Below the pieces are notes generated by a model. It was not told the DNA's origin and searched no databases. It saw only the letters and a list, made by a program, of their open reading frames with translations. A program made the translations under genes and the position numbers. 64,000 nt of DNA, taken from NCBI GenBank assembly GCA_903821355.1, contig CAIJKW010000022.1:423-64422 (forward strand), written 5' to 3'. The DNA is from an uncultured bacterium. GTDB lineage: Bacteria > Patescibacteriota > Minisyncoccia > Phycocordibacterales > CAIZLB01. Below, piece by piece: positions 47,485 to 57,373 of the stretch (position 1 is the first letter of the stretch; every line of letters begins with the position of its first letter).

Positions 47485-47979
47485 ATGAATAAAATAACAT
47501 ATTTACTAGAACTTTACGCACCAGGGGTGCTTCGCATAGGAATGGCCTCGGTGGTTTTATGGTTCAGTATTCAACAATTTTTACACAACAGTGTTTGGAC
47601 AGCCTACGTACCAGATTCAATAATAAGCCTTACACACATGAGTGCTCCAACAATCGTCTTGTTAAATGCTATTTTTGAATTAGTCTTTGGATTGGCGATG
47701 ATGTTTGGCTGGTATACAAGGCTCGCTTCATTGCTTCTGGCTCTTCATCTTTTTGATATCATGTGGGTTGTGGGATATGGAGAGATTGGCGTTCGTGATT
47801 TTGGACTAGCTGTTGGAACTCTTGTCGTCTTTATGAATGGCCCAGATGTTTTTTGCTGGAAGCAAAGAATACGAAAGACACAATTTATTTCAGCTTCACA
47901 GTCAGACTCGCAAATACAAGAAGCACAAGCACCCTCAAACTTTTCTGGTATATCATCGCAGGGGATAAGAAGGATATAG
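47485..47979 (+). CDS. DoxX-family membrane protein
   Basis: Start chosen at MNKITYLLELYAPGVLRIGMASVVLWFSIQQF. 4-TM DoxX-like topology. Confidence 0.55.
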   Translation: MNKITYLLELYAPGVLRIGMASVVLWFSIQQFLHNSVWTAYVPDSIISLTHMSAPTIVLLNAIFELVFGLAMMFGWYTRLASLLLALHLFDIMWVVGYGEIGVRDFGLAVGTLVVFMNGPDVFCWKQRIRKTQFISASQSDSQIQEAQAPSNFSGISSQGIRRI

Positions 47980-48036
47980 AAATATAAATTTAATTAATAG
48001 TCAGATTTCTAAAATGAATCTGACTCACACACAAAA

Positions 48037-48603
48037 ATGAATTCGATAAATCAATCATACAAAAAAATAGGAATCCTTATTGGCATAGTGGCTGTTCTTG
48101 CTGTTATTATTGTTACTTTTGCTAATGAAGATGAACAGGATGTGGCTTCAACTAATGACACCCAACCCTCGGTTCAAACGCAAAATTCTGATGTAGGAAA
48201 TAAAAACTCAAATCAGTCAGGTGAATCTTCGTCAAACACACCAACAACACAGACTCCTGTGGTTATACCGAAGCAGACAAAACCATCAAATACAAAACAA
48301 ACTACTGTTTACAAGAACGGAACATATACAGCAGACGGCTCTTATATGACTCCAGAAGGAAACGTTTCTATTAACGTTACCGTGACGCTCGCAAATGATA
48401 TAATTACAGATGCAAATGTCACATCAGTATCAGGTGATCGTACTTCAGTGAGATATCAAAATAAATTTATATCTGGATACAAACAATATGTTGTTGGCAA
48501 AAACATTGCAGATGTTCAACTATCAAAAGTCTCTGGGTCATCGCTTACTCCAGAAGGTTTCAATAATGCCCTTGCGACAATAAAATCACAGGCTAAATCA
48601 TAG
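48037..48603 (+). CDS. Membrane-anchored FMN-binding (FMN_bind) domain protein
   Basis: N-terminal TM, S/T/Q-rich linker, then YKNGTYTADGSYMTPEGNVSINVTVTLANDIITDANVTSVSGDRTS...KVSGSSLTPEGFNNALATIKSQA. This matches the FMN_bind fold with an S/T-G-S/A-S/T flavinylation-type motif. Confidence 0.55.
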   Translation: MNSINQSYKKIGILIGIVAVLAVIIVTFANEDEQDVASTNDTQPSVQTQNSDVGNKNSNQSGESSSNTPTTQTPVVIPKQTKPSNTKQTTVYKNGTYTADGSYMTPEGNVSINVTVTLANDIITDANVTSVSGDRTSVRYQNKFISGYKQYVVGKNIADVQLSKVSGSSLTPEGFNNALATIKSQAKS

Positions 48604-48627
48604 TCCTAAAATTATAATAAATAAAAT

Positions 48628-49503
48628 ATGGCCCAATTAAATTTCAAGGCTATAGGTACGAGTTGGCAGATTGATATTTATCAAAATATCGATCAAAAAA
48701 AAGAAGCTGAAATTTTTTCTAACATAAAAGACCGCATAGAAACTTTTGAAAGTAATTATTCTAGATTTAGAGATAATTCAATTGTGACGAAGATTTCAAA
48801 AGAAGAATCGAAAGGGAAAATATATGAATTGCCAGATGATGCAGAAAAGATGTTTACACTCTATCATGATCTTTATGTTTTAACCGATGGTTTTTTTACA
48901 CCACTCGTTGGTAATCTTCTTTCTGATGCAGGATATGACGCCAAGTATTCTCTAGAAAAGCAAAAAGAATTAACGACCCCGCCAACTTGGGATGAAGCGC
49001 TTGAATATCATCGTAATAAACTTCTGGTTAAAAAACCTGTGCTACTTGATTTTGGTGCAGCAGGCAAAGGCTACATTATTGATATAGTAGGAGAATTGTT
49101 AGAAAACAATAATATTTACGAATATTGCATCGACGCCGGTGGTGACATCCTTTATAAAAACAAAACTCCAATTCGTATTGGATTAGAAAACCCAGAAAAC
49201 ACCGGTCAGGTTATTGGTGTATATACATTAAATAACGGCGGTTTTTGTGGTTCCGCAGGGAACAGACGTGCCTGGGGGAAGTTTAATCACATAATGAATC
49301 CCAAAACTCTTGAGTCAGCTTCAGAAATAGCTGCTATTTGGGTAACTGCAGAAAGTACAATGATTGCTGATGCACTTACGACATGTTTATTTTTTATTCC
49401 AGCAAAAACTTTGGCAAGAAAATATGATTTTGAATATCTATTAATGCACAAAGATTTTTCAATTGAAAAGTCTGAAGGATTTTCTTGCGAGTTTTTTTCG
49501 TAA
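48628..49503 (+). CDS. apbE: ApbE-like FAD:protein FMN transferase
   Basis: DFGAAGKGYIIDIV (GxAKGYAxD-like core) and IDAGGDIL motifs of the ApbE family. Confidence 0.65.
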   Translation: MAQLNFKAIGTSWQIDIYQNIDQKKEAEIFSNIKDRIETFESNYSRFRDNSIVTKISKEESKGKIYELPDDAEKMFTLYHDLYVLTDGFFTPLVGNLLSDAGYDAKYSLEKQKELTTPPTWDEALEYHRNKLLVKKPVLLDFGAAGKGYIIDIVGELLENNNIYEYCIDAGGDILYKNKTPIRIGLENPENTGQVIGVYTLNNGGFCGSAGNRRAWGKFNHIMNPKTLESASEIAAIWVTAESTMIADALTTCLFFIPAKTLARKYDFEYLLMHKDFSIEKSEGFSCEFFS

Positions 49504-49555
49504 AAATATAAAAACTATTTCCTAAAAATAAAAAACAATATATAATAGATGACAT

Positions 49556-50026
49556 ATGTTTAACATCGCACTTATCGCAACGCTAGTTGTACTTGTTGGA
49601 TTAACTTTTTACAAAGGAAGAGGCACAATGTTTTCATTAATAATTGCATTTTATCCAACCGCAGTAATTTTTGATTCATTCCGTCCATATCTGTCAAAAG
49701 TGATAATTGCAAAGGATACAGCTTTTCATATGTACTTATCTCAAGCGCTAGTATTTTTAGTTATTTTTGCACTAGTGTTTTTGGTAACAAGAAGGCTAAG
49801 CCACTATGAAGGATCCAGAGGCGGAGTTGCCGGATTCATAGACGCACTTTTACTTTCCGTTTCCATAATTCTTTTAGTTATGACGATAACATTCCACATT
49901 CTTCCAGCCACAGACATATACAGCCTTACAGCAGACATAAGAGACTTCTTTAAGTCAGGATTGGGCTACTTAGTTTGTGTTTTAGCCCCAATTGTCGTAT
50001 TGTTAACCATGACAAGGAGGATATAA
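49556..50026 (+). CDS. Multi-TM membrane protein (CvpA-like?)
   Basis: Four predicted TM helices. Weak resemblance to the CvpA family. Confidence 0.35.
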   Translation: MFNIALIATLVVLVGLTFYKGRGTMFSLIIAFYPTAVIFDSFRPYLSKVIIAKDTAFHMYLSQALVFLVIFALVFLVTRRLSHYEGSRGGVAGFIDALLLSVSIILLVMTITFHILPATDIYSLTADIRDFFKSGLGYLVCVLAPIVVLLTMTRRI

Positions 50027-50128
50027 TAAAAACCCTCAAAATAGCTATATTTATAGGTATGCGTGGACGGCACATAAATAGTAATCGAAAGATTTATAGG
50101 TATAAAGGTGTCACAAAAACAATAATTT

Positions 50129-51418
50129 ATGAAAAATAAAATGGACTTATACTGCGCTACTTTTGTAAGTGGTGGACAGCAAATAATAGAAAGACAGCTC
50201 AAGAAGAAGCCCGCCAACAGGTTTAAAATTGTTGAGGTTCTTGACGGTATGGTTATTTTTGAGACCGATTACACTCCGCACGAGCTTAGGCAGATGCGTT
50301 TTTTAACCAATCTCTTTGTTATCTTAAACGGTCTATATTTTAAAGAAGATATGTCTTTTGAAAATCTATTCAAGAGATTTATAAATGATGGCGTACACAA
50401 TAAATCGCACATTAAAACTCTACTTGGAAAACACAGGGAGACTTTTAAAATTGTCGTTTCAGAAAATAATCAAACAATTGGTTTTGACAGAGTTTATCTA
50501 CAAAAAGCGGAAACGGTTGTTGAAAAAGATTTGGGAATGAAACTTTCCGTCAGGGAGCCCCAAAGAGAGCTTTGGTTCATGAGAAGAAACAAAATTAGAG
50601 TTGATAAGAACGAAATCGAAGAAGAAAACGATGAAGAGTGGAATGCCGCAGTTGCTAAAGCATCAGCGGATAAGGCAAAAATTGATTCTAAGGGTAAAAA
50701 AGGAAACTCAAAAGACAAAGACGAATCAGAGAAAAATGAATCTGGAAACAATGAACTAGCAAGTCTCGGGGAGATACTGGAACCAAAAAATAAAAATATC
50801 AGACTAATTTGTGCACTTAGACTTACTCAACTTTCTGAAGATAAAAAACATCACAGAGCAGGTGAACTTCCTCCAGAGATTGCTGAACTTTTGATATTGG
50901 AATCAAATCCAACCCCAAAAGATATTATTCTTGATCCATTTTGTGGCTATGGAGGAATTCTAAAAGAGCGTGTTCATTTTAATGCATATAGAAAAGCAAT
51001 TGGTATTGACTCACACGAGAGAGCAATAGAAGGTATTCATAAGGAATTAAATAGACAAATCAACACGAGAAAGAATATTCAACTAATTCATGGAGACTTT
51101 TTCGATCAAGGAGAAGCTGTGATTCCAAAAGCATCAATAACAAAAATTATTACTGATCCACCATGGACAAGCTTTAGAGGTAAAAGTGTTTTAAAAGATC
51201 ATGCATTTGAAAATAATCAGATTGATTATCAAGAAATGTTAAAGAAATTTGAGTATGTTTTAATGAAGGGCGGAAAAGCCATAATTCTGATAGTGGGGGA
51301 CAAGGAGGAATTTGAAAATAATCTTTTCAATTTTCAAAAGACACTAAAGCTAGATAGAACAGCTCATATTTTGGTTTCTGGTAAAAAAGCAGGGATTTAT
51401 ACGATTTCTAGACAATAG
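50129..51418 (+). CDS. THUMP-domain RNA methyltransferase (Trm14/RlmL-like) with an internal K/E/D-rich low-complexity insert
   Basis: N-terminal ferredoxin-like/THUMP region. SAM-MTase motifs ILDPFCGYGGIL and ITDPPW (DPPY-like motif IV). Insert spans about 50600-50780. Confidence 0.55.
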   Translation: MKNKMDLYCATFVSGGQQIIERQLKKKPANRFKIVEVLDGMVIFETDYTPHELRQMRFLTNLFVILNGLYFKEDMSFENLFKRFINDGVHNKSHIKTLLGKHRETFKIVVSENNQTIGFDRVYLQKAETVVEKDLGMKLSVREPQRELWFMRRNKIRVDKNEIEEENDEEWNAAVAKASADKAKIDSKGKKGNSKDKDESEKNESGNNELASLGEILEPKNKNIRLICALRLTQLSEDKKHHRAGELPPEIAELLILESNPTPKDIILDPFCGYGGILKERVHFNAYRKAIGIDSHERAIEGIHKELNRQINTRKNIQLIHGDFFDQGEAVIPKASITKIITDPPWTSFRGKSVLKDHAFENNQIDYQEMLKKFEYVLMKGGKAIILIVGDKEEFENNLFNFQKTLKLDRTAHILVSGKKAGIYTISRQ

Positions 51419-51435
51419 GACTTAAATATGATGTA

Positions 51436-51786
51436 ATGCCTAGCGGAGGCACAAAAACTGGCCCGAGCCGACCAGCCTCTATTTCAATCTCAAGACACTC
51501 AGACAACCAACCCCCAAGAGAAATGCTCAAACCATATGTGATAGATGAACCTTTTTTTGAAGCAGATGAGGTCAGAAAAATTTGTCCCATTTGCAAAATT
51601 CGCTGGGCTACCGGCGCAGCAATGGGCACAAGAGGAAGAAGAAGACACTTCAAGATCATCAGCTTTTTTCACTGCAGAAACCCCATATGCATTGAAATAG
51701 CTAATAACACAGCAAAGCTTCGGCCGATTAGAAAGATATCGGCACAAGAAATAAGGCGTAATTTATACACTTTCCTGCTTAAGTAA
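51436..51786 (+). CDS. Hypothetical small protein with CxxC...CxxxxC zinc-ribbon-like spacing
   Basis: CPICKIRW...HCRNPIC. Start may be the internal MLKPYV. Followed by a long imperfect hairpin (51792-51856). Confidence 0.3.
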   Translation: MPSGGTKTGPSRPASISISRHSDNQPPREMLKPYVIDEPFFEADEVRKICPICKIRWATGAAMGTRGRRRHFKIISFFHCRNPICIEIANNTAKLRPIRKISAQEIRRNLYTFLLK

Positions 51787-51942
51787 CAACCAAAAAAACC
51801 CAAACCGTCCAACAGGCCGCACTTCGTTTTTACGAGGTAGACTAGTTGGGCGGTTTTACGTTCTCATGCCATACTTTTTAGAAATTCGTCAAATACTCAT
51901 TAAAAAATTGCGGCAACTTCATATTTATACTATTATAATCAC

Positions 51943-53379
51943 ATGGCAAACGAAACTAATAAAATAACCCCAAGATCTGAGGATTATTCAGAATGGTACT
52001 TAGATGTAATAGCGGCTGCGGACCTCGCAGAATATAGTCCAGTGAAAGGCTGCATGATAATCAAACCTACCGGCTATGCAATTTGGGAGAATATGCAAAA
52101 AGACCTAGACGCTAGATTCAAAGAAGTTGATGTAGAAAATGCATACTTTCCACTATTCATTCCAGAGCGTTTTTTGAATAAAGAAAAAGATCACGTAGAA
52201 GGCTTTGCGCCTGAAGTTGCAGTCGTTACTCACGCCGGTGGAAAAAAGCTAGATGAACCATTGGTAATCAGACCAACATCGGAAACAATAATGTATGATA
52301 CGTTTTCAAAATGGATTCAATCGTATAGAGACCTACCTCTACTTATAAATCAATGGGCTAATGTTGTACGATGGGAAATGCGTCCTCGTCTATTTTTGCG
52401 TACTGTAGAATTTCTATGGCAAGAAGGTCACACTGTCCACGAGACAGAAGAAGAGGCAGATCAAAGAGCACGCCAGATGCTTGAAATATATAAGCAGTTT
52501 GCAGAAGAAGTTTTGGCAATTCCAGTAATTTTAGGAATTAAGTCAGATTCGGAAAAATTTGCTGGTGCATTTAAGACATATTGTGTTGAAGCAATTATGC
52601 AAGACGGAAAGGCGTTGCAATTTGGAACATCGCATCACCTAGGACAAAATTTTGCTAAAGCTTTTGATGTAAAATTCTTAGGAAGAAACAATACTATGGA
52701 ATACGGATGGCAAACAAGTTGGGGAGTTAGCACAAGGATGATTGGCGGGCTTATTATGACTCACTCGGATGATAAAGGATTGGTTCTTCCTCCAAAAATT
52801 GCTGGGCTACAGGTTATAATCACAACAATAATTAATAACGATGAAGACAGAGAAGCAATCATCGACAAAGCGGAAGAAGTTTCTTCATGGCTAAAAGAAG
52901 AGGGGATTAAAGTCAAAATTGATAAAAGAGATATTCGTCCAGGAGAAAAGTTTTACGAATGGGAAAGAAAGGGTGTTCCTGTTAGATTGGAGCTTGGCAA
53001 GAAAGATTTGGCAAACAATACTTTGTTTATGGCAAGACGCGACACGGGAGAAAAAACTTCAATATCAGCGGACGATGTTGTTGTTACGGTCGCAAAAACC
53101 CTTGAAGATATTCAGACTAATCTATTTGATAAGGCAGTTGCATATAGAAAGGAAAAGGAAAGGACTGTTGATACTTGGGAAGATTTTGTAAAAGAAATAG
53201 AAGCAGGGAACTTTGTTCATGCCCACTGGTGTGGCGATGCTGAAGTTGAAGCACAGATTAAAGAAGAAACGGCTGCAACAATCAGATGTATTCCATTTAG
53301 CCAAAAGATGGAAGACGGCATTTGTATTAAATCTGGCAAGCCATCAAAAGGCAGGGTGATTTTTGCGAAGTCGTACTAA
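51943..53379 (+). CDS. proS: Proline--tRNA ligase (class II, archaeal/eukaryote-like type)
   Basis: Class II motifs. C-terminal zinc-binding-like domain ending ...VIFAKSY. Confidence 0.9.
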   Translation: MANETNKITPRSEDYSEWYLDVIAAADLAEYSPVKGCMIIKPTGYAIWENMQKDLDARFKEVDVENAYFPLFIPERFLNKEKDHVEGFAPEVAVVTHAGGKKLDEPLVIRPTSETIMYDTFSKWIQSYRDLPLLINQWANVVRWEMRPRLFLRTVEFLWQEGHTVHETEEEADQRARQMLEIYKQFAEEVLAIPVILGIKSDSEKFAGAFKTYCVEAIMQDGKALQFGTSHHLGQNFAKAFDVKFLGRNNTMEYGWQTSWGVSTRMIGGLIMTHSDDKGLVLPPKIAGLQVIITTIINNDEDREAIIDKAEEVSSWLKEEGIKVKIDKRDIRPGEKFYEWERKGVPVRLELGKKDLANNTLFMARRDTGEKTSISADDVVVTVAKTLEDIQTNLFDKAVAYRKEKERTVDTWEDFVKEIEAGNFVHAHWCGDAEVEAQIKEETAATIRCIPFSQKMEDGICIKSGKPSKGRVIFAKSY

Positions 53380-53422
53380 CACATCCAAATTCCAATATAT
53401 TATTAAAAAAGTTAATAAAAAA

Positions 53423-53968
53423 ATGACATTCGAAATAAAAATAAATGATAAATTATCTCTTAAGATGCCCACAATGGAGGACTCTCAAGAAATATATAAA
53501 GTTGTAGACAAAGATAGAAACCATTTGAAAAAATGGTTAGCTTGGGTTGATAAAACAACATCAGTGAAAAATATTGAAGATAATACAACAGAGAGAATTG
53601 AGAAATTTGCTAAAAAGGAAGCTGCTTCATTTTATGCAAGATATGAAGATAAATGGATTGCGTCTGTCGGTTTTATCAGCATCGATGATACTAATAAACG
53701 TGGCGAAATAGGATATTGGTTAAGTTCAGAGTTTGAAGGACGAGGACTTATGACAGAATGTGTTAAAGCTTCAATAAATTATGGATTTAATGATCTTGGA
53801 CTCCATAGAATATTAATCAGATGTAGTGTCAACAATTTAAAAAGCGCTGCCATTCCAAAAAGGCTTGGCTTTATACTTGAAGGAACGTCCAGAGAAGATC
53901 ATAAAACAGAAGATGATTTTGAAGATACATTTATGTGGAGCATTTTGGAAGGAGAATGGAAGGAGTAA
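53423..53968 (+). CDS. GNAT family N-acetyltransferase (RimJ/RimL-like)
   Basis: Start chosen at MTFEIKIN. GNAT motif A region RGEIGYWLSSEFEGRGLMTE. Confidence 0.7.
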   Translation: MTFEIKINDKLSLKMPTMEDSQEIYKVVDKDRNHLKKWLAWVDKTTSVKNIEDNTTERIEKFAKKEAASFYARYEDKWIASVGFISIDDTNKRGEIGYWLSSEFEGRGLMTECVKASINYGFNDLGLHRILIRCSVNNLKSAAIPKRLGFILEGTSREDHKTEDDFEDTFMWSILEGEWKE

Positions 53969-54001
53969 TGCATCTTTTATTTATCTGAATTAAATAAACC
54001 A

Positions 54002-54541
54002 ATGAAATCCCCACAGATAAAATCTCCAAATTACACCATCCGTCCTTTTGAGAAAGAGGATGCTTTGTTGTGGCAAAAATGGGACACAGATCCTGAGATT
54101 CAAGCCCACATGCCAGAGCTTAGAAATGAAGCGCAGGATATATCCACTCAGTATGAATACATTGAGGAATGTGAGAATGATGAAGACGGATACTATTGGT
54201 CAATAGAAACAAGGGACAGGACAACCATCGGAATAGTTTCTTTGTTTGAAATTGATCCGCACCACAAGACCGTTGATTTAGGTATCGTAATAGGGGATAA
54301 GGAATATTGGGGAAAGGGAGTAGCTACAGAAGTAGTAAATACGATTAAAGAATATGCTTTTAATACATTAGGAATAGCAAGAATTAGCGCCGAAGTTGAA
54401 GAGGACAATCTTCCAATGAAGAAAGTCTTTGAGAAAACTGGTTTTGAACAGGATGGAGTATTTAGAAATGCTAGGGCTAAGAATGGAAAGAGGATTAATG
54501 TGTTACATTTTGGGATTTGTAATACAAAACAAAGACTATAA
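54002..54541 (+). CDS. GNAT family N-acetyltransferase (second, tandem)
   Basis: IVIGDKEYWGKGVATEVV motif A. Confidence 0.7.
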   Translation: MKSPQIKSPNYTIRPFEKEDALLWQKWDTDPEIQAHMPELRNEAQDISTQYEYIEECENDEDGYYWSIETRDRTTIGIVSLFEIDPHHKTVDLGIVIGDKEYWGKGVATEVVNTIKEYAFNTLGIARISAEVEEDNLPMKKVFEKTGFEQDGVFRNARAKNGKRINVLHFGICNTKQRL

Positions 54542-54545
54542 ATTC

Positions 54546-54573
54546 TTGACAATGTTGTTTGGGGGTATATGAT
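54546..54573 (+). promoter_or_regulatory. Near-consensus sigma-70 promoter TTGACA-16nt-TATGAT
   Basis: ttgaca atgttgtttgggggta tatgat read directly. Confidence 0.55.
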
Positions 54574-54643
54574 ACTCGGTAGACGAGAACATCCTGTTTT
54601 TGTCTTCTAAAGAACAATTAACTAAAGAGAAAGGAGAATCTAT

Positions 54644-54727
54644 ATGGGCAAATCAAAAGAGGTCAAGATTAGGCCACAACCGCGTCCAACCCCAAAACCC
54701 AAAACCGGCAACACTCGTGGACGATAA
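54644..54727 (+). CDS. Candidate 27-aa Pro/Lys/Arg-rich peptide with strong RBS
   Basis: aaaggagaatctatATG gives MGKSKEVKIRPQPRPTPKPKTGNTRGR. Sits between the promoter and a terminator. Not in the ORF track (below 60 aa). Confidence 0.3.
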   Translation: MGKSKEVKIRPQPRPTPKPKTGNTRGR

Positions 54728-54747
54728 TAATACGTCCACAATTCAAA

Positions 54748-54798
54748 GGCGACCGATCGGAATAACATCTGGCGGTCGCTTTTACATTGCTTTTTGAT
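54748..54798 (+). terminator. Hairpin plus T-tract terminator
   Basis: ggcgaccg-(17 nt loop containing palindrome ccgatcgg)-cggtcgc, then ttttacattgcttttt. Confidence 0.5.
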
Positions 54799-54859
54799 CC
54801 AACATAGCTTTTGCGTTGGTTGATTGTTAAAATAAGTAATTTTTGCTACAATTTCTGAA

Positions 54860-56107
54860 ATGATAACGTCTAATAAATATAAAAAACATATATCTGAAAA
54901 TAGTAGCTTTATTGAGATAAACTCTCTTTTGTTAATCAAAAACGCTGTCTCAGTACAATTTAACGTTGGGTCAATTCATGATCCTAAAACAAAAGAAGGG
55001 GTGGCACATTTTTTGGAACATTTGATACTGCAGGTAAATAATAAAGATAGAGCTTATATTAATAGAGAAAAAAAAGGTCTGTATATTAATGGCTTTACAG
55101 AAAAAGAAAGGACAATCTATGTTGCGTCTAGTTATATACTATCTGCTGAAGAAATCATTAAGGAATTGTTAAAATCATTAAATTTCGACCTCAAAAAAAA
55201 TGCCTTGAAAATAGAATTGGAAACCATATCCTCTGAAATTTTAGAGTCAAAGTCAGACCCTGTTAATCAAAATTTCAATAAGGCGTTAAATGAATGTGTA
55301 AAGAAATTTATGAATTTGAATCCTTATAACCATGATATTTTAGGTACTGAAAAAAGCATAAAAAATATTACTATTCAGGATGTAAAAAAACATATAGATA
55401 CTTACTACCTTAATCCAATAATTTCCGTAACTTCTTCTGTCGCTTTAGATAAAAATTCAATAGAATCTATTTTTTCGCATATTAAGAACAAAGGATTAAA
55501 GTTCAAGGAAGAGAAGCTTGAGGTGGTTGAATCAACTGATCCGTTAGAATCTACAACCTTTGAATTTGTCAACAAAAACACACAAGTTTTTGGTATATGT
55601 TTAAATAACTCAAATAGAGAGAACGAGGATTTATACTTAAGCGTTCTAAAGGGGTATCTAGCTTATAACTCCTCTTCAGTTTGTAATCAAAAAATGAGAT
55701 TTGATAAACAATTGACTTATTTTGTAAATAATTTCTGTCAGATATTTAATAACTTTTCTTTTCTGTTCATCCAATATGATGTATTGAAGAAGAATAAAGA
55801 AAAAGCAAAAAAAGAATATTATAAAATAGCAAATGAGCTAGGTCGTGGTAAGGTAGACAGAGATATATTTTATGCATCAAAAAGTATGTTGTTATCTCAT
55901 CTACGTGATCTACTTACTGATGGAGAAAATATGTTGGATGATTTTATGGACTTCAATCAAAATATGAACATAATCAGAAGGAAAAATGGTGATTTTTATA
56001 CCATAGATAAATTTATTGATTCCGTTGAAAAACTTACTATGGAAGATTTCACCGAGTATATAAAAAAGATTTTTAAACAAGACGGTGTGCCGTTCCGCGC
56101 CGAATAA
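54860..56107 (+). CDS. M16 (pitrilysin/insulinase) family peptidase-like protein
   Basis: HFLEHLILQ is the inverted zinc motif HxxEH. Confidence 0.6.
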   Translation: MITSNKYKKHISENSSFIEINSLLLIKNAVSVQFNVGSIHDPKTKEGVAHFLEHLILQVNNKDRAYINREKKGLYINGFTEKERTIYVASSYILSAEEIIKELLKSLNFDLKKNALKIELETISSEILESKSDPVNQNFNKALNECVKKFMNLNPYNHDILGTEKSIKNITIQDVKKHIDTYYLNPIISVTSSVALDKNSIESIFSHIKNKGLKFKEEKLEVVESTDPLESTTFEFVNKNTQVFGICLNNSNRENEDLYLSVLKGYLAYNSSSVCNQKMRFDKQLTYFVNNFCQIFNNFSFLFIQYDVLKKNKEKAKKEYYKIANELGRGKVDRDIFYASKSMLLSHLRDLLTDGENMLDDFMDFNQNMNIIRRKNGDFYTIDKFIDSVEKLTMEDFTEYIKKIFKQDGVPFRAE

Positions 56108-56192
56108 ATCTGATATATTAGAAATTAACAGTAAAAATAACCTTCCCAAACATAAAGATAAATAAAATTCTTAAGCATAAAGTAAGATTGTA

Positions 56193-56666
56193 TCAAAGAT
56201 TGATTTTTAACGTGGAAAAGTCTGAAGGAAATATCTCTAGTATTTTTTCTGAAGTTTCTTCTAATTGATTATCAAAAAGAAGATAATCATTCAGTTGAGA
56301 AAAAGGAACCCATTTATAAGCCTTAACTTCACTTTCTTGAAGTACTATTTCACTATCGTTTCCAATAAATTTAAAGCCGAAGAAATTTCTTTCTGACCCG
56401 TCATACTCTATACCTTCACGTGTCACCTTAATCACTTTAAATTTAAATTTTAAAGGTTGGCTACTTTTATCCACATATTCAAGTGATTTTTCTATGATAC
56501 CCAGCTCCTCTTTTATTTCTCTGTAAATTGCCTCTTCTAGGGTTTCTCCTTCTTCTACACCACCTCCTGGGACGGCAAAATACTTATCTTCAAAAGATTT
56601 TAGATTGACCAGCAAAAATTCTTTATTTTTGTTAATTATTAGCGCTGAAACTCCTTTTCTGTACAT
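56193..56666 (-). CDS. NUDIX hydrolase
   Basis: GGGVEEGETLEEAIYREIKEELGI Nudix box. Confidence 0.75.
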   Translation of the reverse strand: MYRKGVSALIINKNKEFLLVNLKSFEDKYFAVPGGGVEEGETLEEAIYREIKEELGIIEKSLEYVDKSSQPLKFKFKVIKVTREGIEYDGSERNFFGFKFIGNDSEIVLQESEVKAYKWVPFSQLNDYLLFDNQLEETSEKILEIFPSDFSTLKINL

Positions 56667-56772
56667 ATAAAAATAGTATCATGAAAAATTAAAAAGTCAT
56701 ACTGAATGGAGTTTGTAATACTAGATAAATACTATAAATGAAGTTTCTTTGTATTTTTGTTATACTGTAAAA

Positions 56773-57192
56773 ATGAAAAATAGAATCAGGGCTACCGCTG
56801 TTGTAATAAAGAATGGGAAGGTTTTATTAATTCATAGAAAAAATGAAAAAGAATTTTATGTCTTCCCAGGAGGAGGGGTTGAAGAAGGAGAAACAGTAGA
56901 ACAAGCGATATTAAGAGAGTTAATGGAGGAAACCAGTATAAATGTAAAGATAAATAAAATTCTTGAGCATAAGATTTACGATGACGGAACTGAAAACTAT
57001 GCATATCTTTGTGATTATATATCTGGAGAACCACATCTTGCTGGCAACTCGCCAGAAAAGATTGAGATGGAAAACGGTATTGAGTACTACAATCCGATGT
57101 GGATAAAAATTAAAGATCTAGAAAATCTGACTGTTTGGCCGGAAGAGGCAAAGAGACAATTAATTAATGCATCGGGTGGCGACCGCCAATAA
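56773..57192 (+). CDS. NUDIX hydrolase (divergent paralog)
   Basis: GGGVEEGETVEQAILRELMEETSI Nudix box. Start chosen at MKNRIRATAVVIKNGKV. Confidence 0.75.
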   Translation: MKNRIRATAVVIKNGKVLLIHRKNEKEFYVFPGGGVEEGETVEQAILRELMEETSINVKINKILEHKIYDDGTENYAYLCDYISGEPHLAGNSPEKIEMENGIEYYNPMWIKIKDLENLTVWPEEAKRQLINASGGDRQ

Positions 57193-57310
57193 AACTTGCA
57201 TACATCAATAAAGTGTGGTAATATAAAAAACATTGTGGAAACAAAAGAACAGAAAAAATCAAATTACCCAGCAATTCCAACGTTAACTGATAATATAAAC
57301 GATTAAAATT

Positions 57311-57338
57311 TGCGACCATTAAAAGTCGCATTTTTTAT
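57311..57338 (+). terminator. Intrinsic terminator
   Basis: tgcgac-cattaaaa-gtcgca, then TTTTTTATTG. Confidence 0.6.
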
Positions 57339-57373
57339 TGAAAAATAAACAAAAATACAATTAATAATTAACA

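Noticed and set aside
57193-57338. Possible short A-rich sRNA between an extended -10 box (TGgTAATAT at 57215-57223) and the terminator at 57311-57338
   Set aside because: Sequence is low-complexity A-rich with no structure apart from the terminator. More likely the 3' UTR of the upstream NUDIX gene.
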